A DNA stretch of 64,000 bases from Dicyema japonicum. Lineage: Eukaryota > Animalia > Dicyemida. The stretch's first letter is position 1. The number at the start of each line of letters is the position of its first letter. The DNA is taken from contig RDEW01000002.1 of the NCBI GenBank assembly GCA_011109175.1, positions 74,299 to 138,298 of the forward strand, given 5' to 3'. Positions 16,500 through 27,072 of the stretch are shown piece by piece. The notes beneath the pieces are model-generated. The model made no database searches, was not told the origin of the DNA, and saw only the letters and a program-made list of their open reading frames with translations. The translations under genes and the position numbers were made by a program.

Positions 16500-17350
16500 A
16501 GTGACCTAGAAAATAATAATTACTTTACGAAAAAAATTTATTAATATATATTAGAACTAAATTCATTAGAAGGTTACCTAAATTATGATATGACGTGTTC
16601 ATTCAATATTTTTATGTTGTTAATATTTTTTATCTTTCATCACAAAAATTGGAGCTTAGTTTGATCTACATGGTATGAAATTTTATTGTTTTTTGACGAA
16701 TATCCATGCGAATGTATTTTATAATTTACAAATCGATGCACTCGCCGATGAGATCCGCCTTTTTATTGAGATTTGCTAAAGGCACTTTCTACCACACCAA
16801 ATTTTGAAGAATCAATTAAAACAAGAATGTGTTAATTATACTGCCAAATAATTACCAAGGAATAATTTTCATATTGTGTGCAATAATATTGCCTTAAATC
16901 GACAAGATCTACAATGACCAATAAGCAATAAAAGGCTTAATTACTGGTTTATTAGCAAGCATTTGTTTAGACAAAAATTGCTAGGATTAATAATTTACCT
17001 GACAATAAACACATTTAGATACCACAGTAGCCACTTCACTACGTCTTGGACCATAAATGTTAAGTGACAATAAACTACATGATTTATCACGTCCAGAGTT
17101 ATTTAGATTGAGCATAATTAAATCCACAAATATACCACTTCAATCTATTTTAGTTTTAATTCAGCTTCCTCAAAACAAAAAAATCGCAACTCTCGACCAT
17201 TTTTAGTAATGTAAGCCGCGGATTCATTGAAACTGATAATTTGTGCATATCGTTTGACTTTTTGCCCTTTCTCTTCAGTCAATAAGTCCTGATTCACTGA
17301 AAATCTTAATTTTTCAATTGCTTCTCGTGTTAAATCCACTATAACCATTT
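16500..17350 (-). mobile_element. Degenerate DDE integrase-type transposase remnant (Ginger2/KRBA2-like)
   Basis: Minus-strand translation SGRDKSCSLLSLNIYGPRRSEVATVVSKCVYCQ resembles the integrase HHCC zinc-binding region. VIVDLVDLRQY...HILVLIDSSKFW resembles the start of the rve core. Multiple stops. Confidence 0.5.
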
Positions 17351-18009
17351 TTTTAATTGATATTTAAAAAAATTATGTAATAATTTTTATTTTTTATTAT
17401 TAATAATTTCTTCAATGAAATGTTTTCTGAAAAATTTTTTTTTTCGTATTTTGAGCATTGACCTCGCAGCTGTGGACTAATAATAATAATTAAGAATAAA
17501 AAGTTTAAAAAGTTCTTTAAATGTTTCTTGTATCGTGTAACAACCCATCTTCTCTGCCTACCACTGCACAATTTGTGTCAAGTTGATGAAATAATAAAAA
17601 ATTAAATTGAACGTAAAAAGTTCGTCTTATTCGTCACAATGTCGCAAGATATATGACAAGTGGTAGGAATAAATCTAATTTTAGCTCGGACCTATATGAA
17701 ATTTTATTTTCCAAATCTTTTCCACGTCACTTTTGTTTCATTTATAATACACAACTGTGCTCTAAAAATAAATCCTACTTCACAGATGTTGATAACCTGG
17801 CTTTGACATTTGATTGATTTTTTATGTTTTATATTTCTTGAAATTATTTCATTATCCAAAGTAGATTCACTAATTTATAATGATTCATTGTTAAATAATA
17901 ATAATAACGGCCTTTTCACGAGAGCCATAATATTTATAGCTCCGCGTAGCAGGACACTCACTTTAAGTAAAGAACAGTTAATATTAACTAATCAAGGATT
18001 GATCTTCAC

Positions 18010-18215
18010 TTCTTTTTTTTCTTTTTCTTGTGTGTGGGTCTATTCTAGACAATCCAGTTACGCAGTGAGTGTCCACTGATGACGGCATCACTCGTCAAAC
18101 CCTTTCTGCGTCGTAGATGCGTGGAACCTTCAACCAGGTGAACAGCAGCGAGAATCGAACCCGTAACCTAAGCCACTTTAGCCCGACACCTAACCACTAT
18201 GCCTCACTATGCCAC
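18010..18215 (-). mobile_element. tRNA-derived SINE (~200 bp)
   Basis: Minus strand reads GGCATAGTGGTTAGG (A box)...GGTTCGATTC (B box), then a ~110-nt non-tRNA body and an A-rich tail (cacacacaagaaaaagaaaaaaaag). No clear target-site duplication (TSD) found. Confidence 0.55.
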
Positions 18216-19189
18216 TGTTAAATGTACATGTTATTTCCAAAAAGTTTCGTCCATTAGATTTTAGAAAATTATAAACGATTCATCACCTTACATTACGTAG
18301 AATGAAGATACAAGTGGAATGAGTTTCTACTTTTTAGGCGATATTGGCTACTAAAAATAGCAAATAATTATGAAGATAATTCTATAACCATGATAGTCAT
18401 CCATTTCTAATAAGAACCAATCAGGTGGATATAAATTTGAAAAAAGATTTTTAGCTTTATCAGTAGCAGACACACTGCACCAAACAATGCTGAAGCTTTT
18501 GTTCTTCATTACATAATCAGGACTTAGTCTCTTGATTTTTTATAAACCGCCTTCATAGAGACTTACTACATCATCAAAGATGACTTTGGTGAAATGGAAA
18601 TTCATTGAATTACAGGTTTTTAAATGATTATTTTATTTCTTTTGACACGACACACCCCCTGGACAATTGTTCGTTTTCAATATACATTCTGACATCGATT
18701 TGGATCACCAAGCGTCCCAAAACTGATGTTGTTCAAAAAATCGAGGTAATAACAAAGTGAAAAGTTTTTAATGAGAAAAAAATTTCAGAGCACTAATACA
18801 AAAAACCATTGATTATGAACTTTTTTTTAATTAATTAAATTATTATTTGGTAAAGAAAAGAAAAGAAAGTAAATGGTCATAGAGCGGCTATTTTTAATAC
18901 GTGAATATTCCCTTTTGGATGGCGAGCGAGACTCGATCAATTAATTGGAAGCGCTCACGAGGGTCCCTTTATCATGTAGCGATCCGATTCCCTAGACGAC
19001 TCAAGAATTCCAGCGTTGCAGCCGCAAGAGAATCATACGTATCAATGTCGAATGGAACAATTATTATGAACTATAACAAAGAATTGACTTTTTTGTTGTA
19101 ATAATTAATAAAAGAGAAGAAGAATGCATTTCTCTCTAGTATTGGACGATGGTTTGTTTCGAAGGGATGCGAGCATCGCGAGGCAAAGG

Positions 19190-19680
19190 CTCGTATTGGC
19201 GGTGATCAGTGGGAACGACTTTCAATCCTGGCCTTTTAACTACGACTTACATACTGACCATAACCTCAATCCTCATGAGGATCCCACAAAAACATAAGTT
19301 AATGAACACTCCGAGAACTAATGTTAACTTCTCTAAGGCGATATGGTCCGACTTGACATATTATATCAAACTACACCTTCAGGCCTTCCGGATAGAAGAC
19401 TTCAGCGCTATTGACGCCGCTGTTCAAATACCTAACGTGATTATCTCCGAGCTCGCAAAAGATACATTTCGATGGTCGCCCTCAACGTCTATCACATCCA
19501 ATTGATGCTAATACGAAAGCTCTAATCTTAACGAGAAATAATCTGAAGAAATTCGAAAGACAATCAGTGAAAATATCTGAAAGGATTTCAAAACCTAATA
19601 AAGAAATCACACGGAACATCACAAAACACTACAATGAACATTGGGAATCTGTTTTTAAAAAATTGCTATGAATAATGTAT
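19190..19680 (+). mobile_element. APE-type non-LTR retrotransposon fragment (end of endonuclease and linker)
   Basis: Frames give LHTDHNL (like the APE SDH motif) followed by TNVNFSKAIWSDL (the NFxKAxW linker typical of Jockey/I/CR1-group ORF2). Decayed. Confidence 0.45.
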
Positions 19681-19699
19681 CCTCAACTGTATTATTAAA

Positions 19700-20720
19700 T
19701 CGATAAGGAGGCTCAAGAAATTCTCTCATATTTAATTGGACATCGAGAACCTGGATGTTTGACAAGGTATTGGTCGAATAAATTAATGTCCAAATATAAC
19801 TTTTTTCAACGCGTAGGTCCATTTAGTAATCAGAAAAATGAATAACTCATCCCGTCAGAGCTCTGACGATCACATCATTCAGAGCGGCATGATGTAATCC
19901 CTTCCGGCGCTTCTTCTGCAGGACAGCGGGTGCAATCCTTTCACATCGACTGTTTTCCCGCATCGGCATCGGTGCTCCTGGCAAACGTCTAGTCCCAGCC
20001 TTTGTCCGATTCCAATTCTCAAAGAATCGTCGTCCAAAAAGGTCCCGAGGTTTGGGCAAGGTATTTCACCAAGCCATGCTCCACTCCCTGGACTTGATGC
20101 TGACATCAAACAAGCCAGATAATGTTGATTTGATTCATTCTTAAGGTCTTCCAAAATTTCGGAGCAGACAATGTCATCCCAATTTCTTTGCTTCGTTGTG
20201 TCTTCTGTGATTTTGAGTCCGGACCCGTTCCATTTCCGACAAGCTTCGTCAAATGACTCATTCCAGCAAAGTCCAATTGTGTTACGAAGGACTTGCCGTG
20301 TCAAATGGCTGCAGCTTGAGAGAGATGATAGGTATGCCGGGAACGCAACTCCAGCGCCGATCTCATTCCGACACCCCCAAATCCAGAGGGAAGCTTGCAT
20401 TGTTTCCAACCAAGTTCGTCGAAGCGGACGTTAATTAGCGACTCGACTGTTTGTTTGAGAGACTTGTCTATTGAAAGTAGAGTGTCGTATTGTTCGTAGC
20501 AGGGTGAACATCGGAGTAGATATAAAAGCTTGGATAGTGCGATGTTGTTTCTCATCAGGAAGAAAGATGTGTGAGAGTCGAGACATGACAATCTTTTCGC
20601 AAGGCGTGTTAATTCTTCATTTTTGGAAAGTAGATGGTTCATTGACTCAAAATATTTTTTTTGTTTTTTGAGGGAACAAGCGATTAAGCGAGGACAGATC
20701 TTTCGAAGCAAAACTTAGTG
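19700..20720 (-). mobile_element. CRE-like RLE non-LTR retrotransposon fragment
   Basis: ORF pieces KLLYLLRCSPCY, WKQCKLPSGFGGVGMRSA, SASSPGSGAWL, LRIGIGQRLG..CQEHRCRCG...GLHPLSC and HAALNDVIVRAL are the thumb and CCHC region typical of the CRE clade. Confidence 0.87.
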
Positions 20721-21125
20721 GTTGTTAGTGGACAGTATCAACAGCCCGGACGCTATCACGACAATTAATAATAATGCAACTCCTCTAGAGACAACAGAAA
20801 ATTTACTTGTCTGTAAAAGGTCTTATTTCAATCTAAACCATCCGCGTCTGAAATATCTATGAAAAATCCTTTAATAGCAGTTAAATTTCTTCTGTCTAGA
20901 TATCAAAGGGAATCCATCATAAAAATACTATATCTAAGTTGATATCTTGGTATCATAACCAATCTAACAAATCTTATATCAACAGAATAATTAATGATAC
21001 GCCTGTAAAATGCAAAAATTATATTTAATCGTCTGTCTTAAAAAATAATGCTTTACTAGACTAGAGATTTTAAAAATTTTTAGATATATTCGAATTTTGT
21101 TACATTTGAGAGGTTTTAAAAAATA

Positions 21126-21154
21126 AAAATAATTCCATTATATTAATATTGATA
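21126..21154. repeat. Left copy of 29-bp target-site duplication
   Basis: AAAATAATTCCATTATATTAATATTGATA, identical to 24604-24632. Confidence 0.95.
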
Positions 21155-24100
21155 TATAATAGAAAACATGCAACGTGCGTTCGATTCGGTGGCGTTAAAA
21201 CTCTCTCGAGTTGGCAAAAATGTTGAAAGGAAAAAAGGAGAAGGGTCACTTGCGTTACCTGATGGTATGAATGTAATTCTTGCCATATCCGAGAGCGTTG
21301 TGGCAGATGACCAAAAGAATGGGCGAGGCAGGTAGTCCTGCAGGTACGTAGCAGGCTATCTCGAATGCCCTGGAATGGTTGGCCATACTTGGCGGAACTC
21401 TGCAGTGGCAGATTCAGTACTGCTATATCTGTGAGTGAACTCAAGAAGATGGCTGTAGGCAAAGTGGGTACTGGTCTAAAGGGGCGGGGACCAGGTGACC
21501 ACAACTGTCAAAGAGCACGAGCACCAGAGCTGTGATACGTTGCAGCTCAAGCATGTTTATGAGGTCTTTGCGCGGAATCTCGCTGCAGCGGCAGATGTCC
21601 CACTTGAGGACCGTAGATTTACCCGCAAGATTCCTCATTGTAAGGTTAACGGTGGAGTGTTAACCTGCATCAATAAGGCTGTGGCTTATGCGGTGGAGGC
21701 TAAGCCAGTAGGGTCATTGGGTGACATCTCCCTAGTGCTGTATGCAGCACAGATCACCTATGAGGAATTGACGGACAAGCCCAGACCACCCAGTAAATGG
21801 AGGGAGCAGATCTGTGCCAAGATTGCTTGGAGACAGACTGAGCTGGAAGCACTGGAGGGGCACATAAGTAGTGTGGCGAGAGGGGTTAGAGGAAAAGCAC
21901 CGGCTATAGTAAAGGGGCTAATTAGTAAACTCCGTGTTCCCAAATGGGACCTCAAAGAGTTGAGGAGGGCAAAGGTGGAGTTAGAGGGGGCAATAATGGT
22001 GTATAAGAGGAAACTCTATACACATGAAAGTCGGTGTAAGAGAAGGAGAGAAAATAATCTGTTTGAGTTTAATCGCAGATTGTTTTACCGTCGCCTACAC
22101 GAAAATGGCCATAGTGTATGTTCCCAGCAGGACGCGGAAATGCTTTCCACATGGGGTAGTATGTGGGAGGCTAAACCACGCAGAGGAAATGCGTGGAATG
22201 TCCCGTACAGCGCCGCTCCTTTCTTGGCGGAATCTTGCGGAATTTTCGATTTTCGCAAGAAATTTGAGGCGGTAGTGAGACATCTCCCTGATTGGAAGAC
22301 GACCGGGGTCGATAAAGTTTATAATTTCTTTATCAAAAGATGCACTTCATTACACGAGTCTATGTGTCGTGTATTACAGAAAAGCATCACTAACCCGGAA
22401 ACGATTCCTGATTGGGCATGCACAGGGACAACTTATTTGATCCCAAAGCTGGACAACCCCCAGTCTGCTGCAGATTATCGACCGATAACCTGCATGCCAA
22501 CCCTGTATAAGCTGATGACCAAATTAGTGGCTAATGAGGTCAGGAGCTTTGTAGACGCAAATGGGATTCTCTCCGAGAATCAGTTGGGAACTGTGCGAAA
22601 TTGTCAGGGGGCAAAAGAGCAGGCTTTGATCAACAAATGCCTTTCTGTGTCTCACGGAAACTCACTTTTGTCTATGTGGGTGGATGTGAAGAAGGCTTAC
22701 GATTCAGTTGATCATTCTTACCTTGTCGAGTGCCTACACAGTCTGTGTATGCCTGTGTGGTTCATCAGCTTTGTAGTGGCTGTGATGAATAGGTGGAGTA
22801 TTCATCTGAACTATAATAGGCACCGGATAGGCGAGGTAAAACTCAAGAGGGGGATCCTTCAGGGGATAGCATGTCTCCGCTACTCTTTGTTCTCTGTTTG
22901 GAGCCATTGAGTCGCCGCCTCAATGACCGGTTTGAGCAAATACCAGTTCATTGTGAAGGGGTCTGTTTCAGTACAAATCACCTTCTTTTTATCGATGACT
23001 TGAAGATGTATGCTCGAACAGCCGAGGAGCTCTACTCCATGGGGGTCTGTGCCAGGGAATTCTTTGAGAGTATAGGGCTAGATTTGAATTATTCAAAGTC
23101 TGCGACTAACACGCAAGTATGTAGCGAGTTAGTAAGAGTCCTAGAGGAACACGAAGGATATAAGTATCTGGGTGTTACCGAATCTCCAAAGTCCCTTATA
23201 ATGCCTGAGACAAAGCGACAAATTACTGAAGGCATCCGTAAAAGAGCAGCGTTATTGTGTAAGACGTCTCTAAATGCAAGGAATTTGTTCCTAGCATTAA
23301 ATGAGTATGCTGTCTCGCTGCTAAACTACTACATAGGTGTTGTGGAGTTTGAGCCCAAAGAGTATGATGAGATGGATGTTATGATCCGTGGAGTACTCAG
23401 AGAGAACCATGTCCATGTGTTGGCAGCCAATAAGGAGAGACTATATTTACCCCGTGATAAATTCGGCCGTGGACTGTGTGGAGTAGTCCAACTAAGTGAG
23501 CGCATCCTAATGCGAATGCACGACACCCTGATAGCTGGGTCAAGTGTGTCTGCTAGGAAGCACGCCATAATAACGACCGAGAAAACACGGGCAACCCACC
23601 TAGGCACTATCAGACCTTTTTTGTCTGCTAAGTATGGTGTTGATGATGGTGGGCTAGTAAATGTGAAGGCGTTGATCGAATTACAATATAATAATTTGAT
23701 GGAAAAGATCAACTTAAAAAGCCTTCATAAGGTCCTCTTCAGAGCATTGGACAACCCACATGTCGACCTTAAGTCGTCGACAATATGGCTAAAATACGGT
23801 GACAACTCACCTCGATCGGAGGCGTTGTACACGTATATGCAAGACCGCAATATTTTTTGGGGTCGATCAACAAATACATGTCCCCACTGTAAGTCAAGGA
23901 GCATGTCGGTTGATCATTTAGCCACTCGATGTGGATCCATGCTCTGCCACGACTATGTGTGGAGGCACAACGAGGTAGTAAGGAGTCTTCATCTTCTACT
24001 ATGCAATAAGTATGGTATTCGCCACACCAGAAAGTTGCGGACTCATAAGGTGCAATCTGTAGTAGAGAACACCAGGGTCCAAATTAAGGTAGACAGTGTT

Positions 24101-24603
24101 ATCCGTACCTCGGTGCTAGTCAAGCACAATAAACCGGACATTGTGGTACACGATAAGGAGTCTGGCCAAGTCCTTATCATAGAGGTTGGCATCACGTCTC
24201 AAGACCGTTTGCAGACTGTGGAGGTGGAGAAAAAAAGGAAGTATGACTTTCTTGCAAACGAGATGGGGCAGATGCTTGGTTGCAAGGTCCTCGTTATTCC
24301 TATAGTAATGACGTGGGAAGGAATTGCAACAAAGTACCACAAGGGTTATCTGAAGCAGTTGGGGGTAGATAGGAAGCTCCAGGCCTATCTACAGTCCACT
24401 GTGTTAAAGCGGACCCTAGAGAGCCTGACACTGGAGTATAGGAGGCAGAGCCCTGAGATGCCATATGGGCAGAGGGTTCAATTAGACAAAGCGCTCTCGG
24501 AGTTGTTTCAGCAACCAGAATCGAACCTGCCTGAGGAGGCTGGCGAACAGGCAGGCGAGGAAGGTTGTTGATTAATAAATATATTAACTTTTTTATTGTT
24601 TGT
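21155..24603 (+). mobile_element. Near-full-length RLE-type non-LTR retrotransposon (R4/Dong-like), 3449 bp
   Basis: Intronless ORF with RT motifs (YRPITCMPTLYKL, VDVKKAYDSVDH, RGILQG[D]SMSPLLFVL, HLLFIDDLK, YKYLG), a CCHC knuckle (CPHC..VDHLATRC) and RLE nuclease (KPDIVV..LIIEVG..KKRKY). A Myb-like stretch lies at about 21300-21460. There is a 1-nt loss in a G run at about 22862 and a further stop/frameshift in the 5' part. Flanked by a perfect 29-bp TSD and visibly more GC-rich than its flanks. Confidence 0.95.
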
Positions 24604-24632
24604 AAAATAATTCCATTATATTAATATTGATA
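24604..24632. repeat. Right copy of 29-bp target-site duplication
   Basis: Identical to 21126-21154. Confidence 0.95.
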
Positions 24633-24695
24633 AAATTGAAATAATTTATATATTTATTTAAATATAAAAAATAATAAAATTTAAATATATTTGAG

Positions 24696-24701
24696 CACGT
24701 G
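24696..24701. promoter_or_regulatory. CACGTG (E-box-type) site 18 nt upstream of the PUM3 start codon
   Basis: The sequence is present directly. A regulatory role is unproven because the hexamer is enriched across the whole window. Confidence 0.25.
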
Positions 24702-24718
24702 AGTATACTTTGTTCAAC

Positions 24719-26602
24719 ATGGGTGAAAAAAGGAAAAAGGACTTAAAGGGTTTAAAGAACGTAAAAATTAAAAAGGTAAGTCTTGAACTAAATTTTAGCC
24801 GAAATTAGCCGAAAAGGAACCTCCCATACATGAGAAAAAGCAACAAATTCTGAAAAAGTTGAGGCTGCAGTGGGAGTCTCTTAGAAGGTTGTCCTATATC
24901 ATAAAAGTTAGTAAATCACTCAGCAAATGCGACCGTCATTCACAAATGACCAAGTTGATTCGCTCAAATAGCAAGAACATTCATCAGGTACCACTAATAA
25001 TTGTATTTTAGTTCTTACTCACATCTACTGTGAGCAGAGTATTGCAAACAATCATCAAGCATGCGGACACTCACCAGAGATTGGGCTTGTTTGATATTAT
25101 CAAAGATCGTGTGAGCGATATGCTCACATCAAAATATGGAAAACATATTCTATTAAAATTTCTAAAATACGGGTTTTTTATTTTTTAGTTATTTTGCAGT
25201 GGCAAACCCGAAAAGGAATCAATTTTTAAGTTTATGACTGGAAAATTTTTGAAGCTTATTAAAAATTCAGTTTACATTGTATTTTTAAATTTAGGAATCT
25301 GAGCCAATTGTGGAACAGTTTTACAGTGAAGAAGCCAACGATCAGCAGAAAAACCAAATCCTGACGGAATTTTATGGCCCGTCATTCGTGATGTACAGAG
25401 TTTGCTGGTAAATTTATCTCAGAAATCCCCCAAAGAAAGCTTTGTGGACTTTATCAGTCACATCAGTGATTCCCAGAAAGAGAAAGTTCTCCAAAGTCTG
25501 AATGAAATCGTCATTTCTCTGATTGATAGGTTCTGGCTTTATTAACACCAGACACTGTCTTCAGTCCTCATTGGTCCACAAATTGATTTATGACGTCATC
25601 ATGTCCTCTCAAGAGGGAAACAGTCTCATTGAAGGAATTCGAAAGGTGAGGTTATTTTTGATTTTCTAGGAACTAATTGAATGTGTGTCAGAGCGTCTCC
25701 CCCAAATAATGCACACGCCTGATGGAAGTAAGGTGGCTATTGCCTGCATAAAGGAAGGGACTCCTGAAGTAGAATTATTGCTTATTTGAAGAAACAGGAA
25801 TCCGTGATTGCTCAGATGAAGACGTTGGTGTGGAAAGCTGTGGTTGATGACTGTGCCCATTTGGTCGTAATAGCACTGCTTGCGTATGCTTCGGATGAAC
25901 ATTTGGCTCCTCTTTGTGGCGGTTTTTGCTTTATTGATGTTCTAGGAGCTGGAAGAATCGGTGGAGGCCATGTTTGAAGACAAATATGGCTTCAGAGTGC
26001 TAAGTTTTATTCTGGCACCTTCTGATGACCGACTCCTACCGGCTTCCGTGAGAGCTGTGTGTACTGGATTTAAGAATAAGTGGCCACATGGACGGTTTGC
26101 TAGGATTCGGGAGAAGATGTTGGCTTATGTAGACAAACACGTGTTCGAGATGTCAAATATGAAGAACAGACTGTGGTTTTTGGTGCTGCTTTTAACTGAT
26201 TCTGAGAATAGCGGTTTGTCTGGTCTCATTTATTGTTAGATGTGAAGGACCACATATTCAATATTTTGGCTGATAAGGCTGTGAGTTTCCCCGAAGGTCA
26301 GGATCGGTTTGTCGAGCATCCAACAGGCCACGTTTTGTTGAAGCATTTAATTTCTTATGGGACTTTGCTCACGTGTTGATATCCAAATTGAATAGCAATG
26401 TGTTGGCTGAGTGGATTAAATGCAATCGAGGTTGTTTTGTCATTACAAGGTTTCCCATATTTTTTAGTGTAGTCTTTTTTCCGCTAAAGATGTTGTACCC
26501 AAGCTGATTGAAATGATCACTCCTTTATTACCCACGATATCTAAGTTGGAATGCAGTGGTGGTAAAGTGTTGACTAAATGTATTAATGATGCTGGATTTT
26601 AA
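24719..26602 (+). CDS. PUM3: Pumilio homolog 3 (Puf6/Puf-A, ribosome biogenesis)
   Basis: Spliced translation has LQWESLRR, TVSRVLQTIIKH, SKYGKHILLKFLKYG, LTEFYG, IMHTPDGSKVAIACI, FEDKYGFRVLSFILAP and EWIKCNRGCFV, all PUM3-type blocks. Introns are 22-28 nt. One homopolymer frameshift near 25860. Confidence 0.9.
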
Positions 26603-26759
26603 TAAAAATCTTTATTTTTATCACTTTTTTTTATAAAACCTCATTTCTTGAAATGAAAATTCCAGCAATTTCAAATTACTGGTATATTTAACATCAACTA
26701 ACGTGATTCCGGCACATTCAAACAGAGACCTCGTCTTTGCGCTATGCTCGTCGTCTCAC

Positions 26760-27000
26760 TGACTCGCTTCTAGGTTAATGCGGATTAGGAAATTCAGAGG
26801 TATTGGAGAGGGTAGGTTTCCAGAACTCAATCGTTCCGTAGCTTTAAATGCCCTTTTTGACTGGCTTCGATCTCATGGAATTTGTCCAAGAGATAAACAG
26901 GCCCCATGAGGTTTTCGCATAGGAGAAGCATGGTTCGATGTACTGTTTGTAGATAGAGTTCAGGAATGGATGGCATCTGGCCCTCCATAATCCTAAATGC
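26760..27000 (-). mobile_element. CR1/L2/Jockey-group LINE fragment (RT thumb)
   Basis: Minus strand reads LNSIYKQYIEPCFSYAKTSWG (the YK.Y+RP..EYA..W motif). Homologous at the nucleotide level to 52985-53120. Confidence 0.65.
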
Positions 27001-27072
27001 TTTTCAGAAAGTTAGAATGTTCCTCCCATTTGATAATCATGTGTCTTGACATTTCGAAGGCTTTTCATAGTA

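Noticed and set aside
18074-18105. Hammerhead ribozyme-like CTGATGA plus hairpin in the SINE body
   Set aside because: The required GAAA core after stem II is absent (GTCAAAC) and stem III does not pair.
21155-24603. Microsporidian contamination or a chimeric contig
   Set aside because: A perfect TSD in host-like AT-rich DNA and a separate decayed copy nearby point to real integration, though spanning reads were not available.
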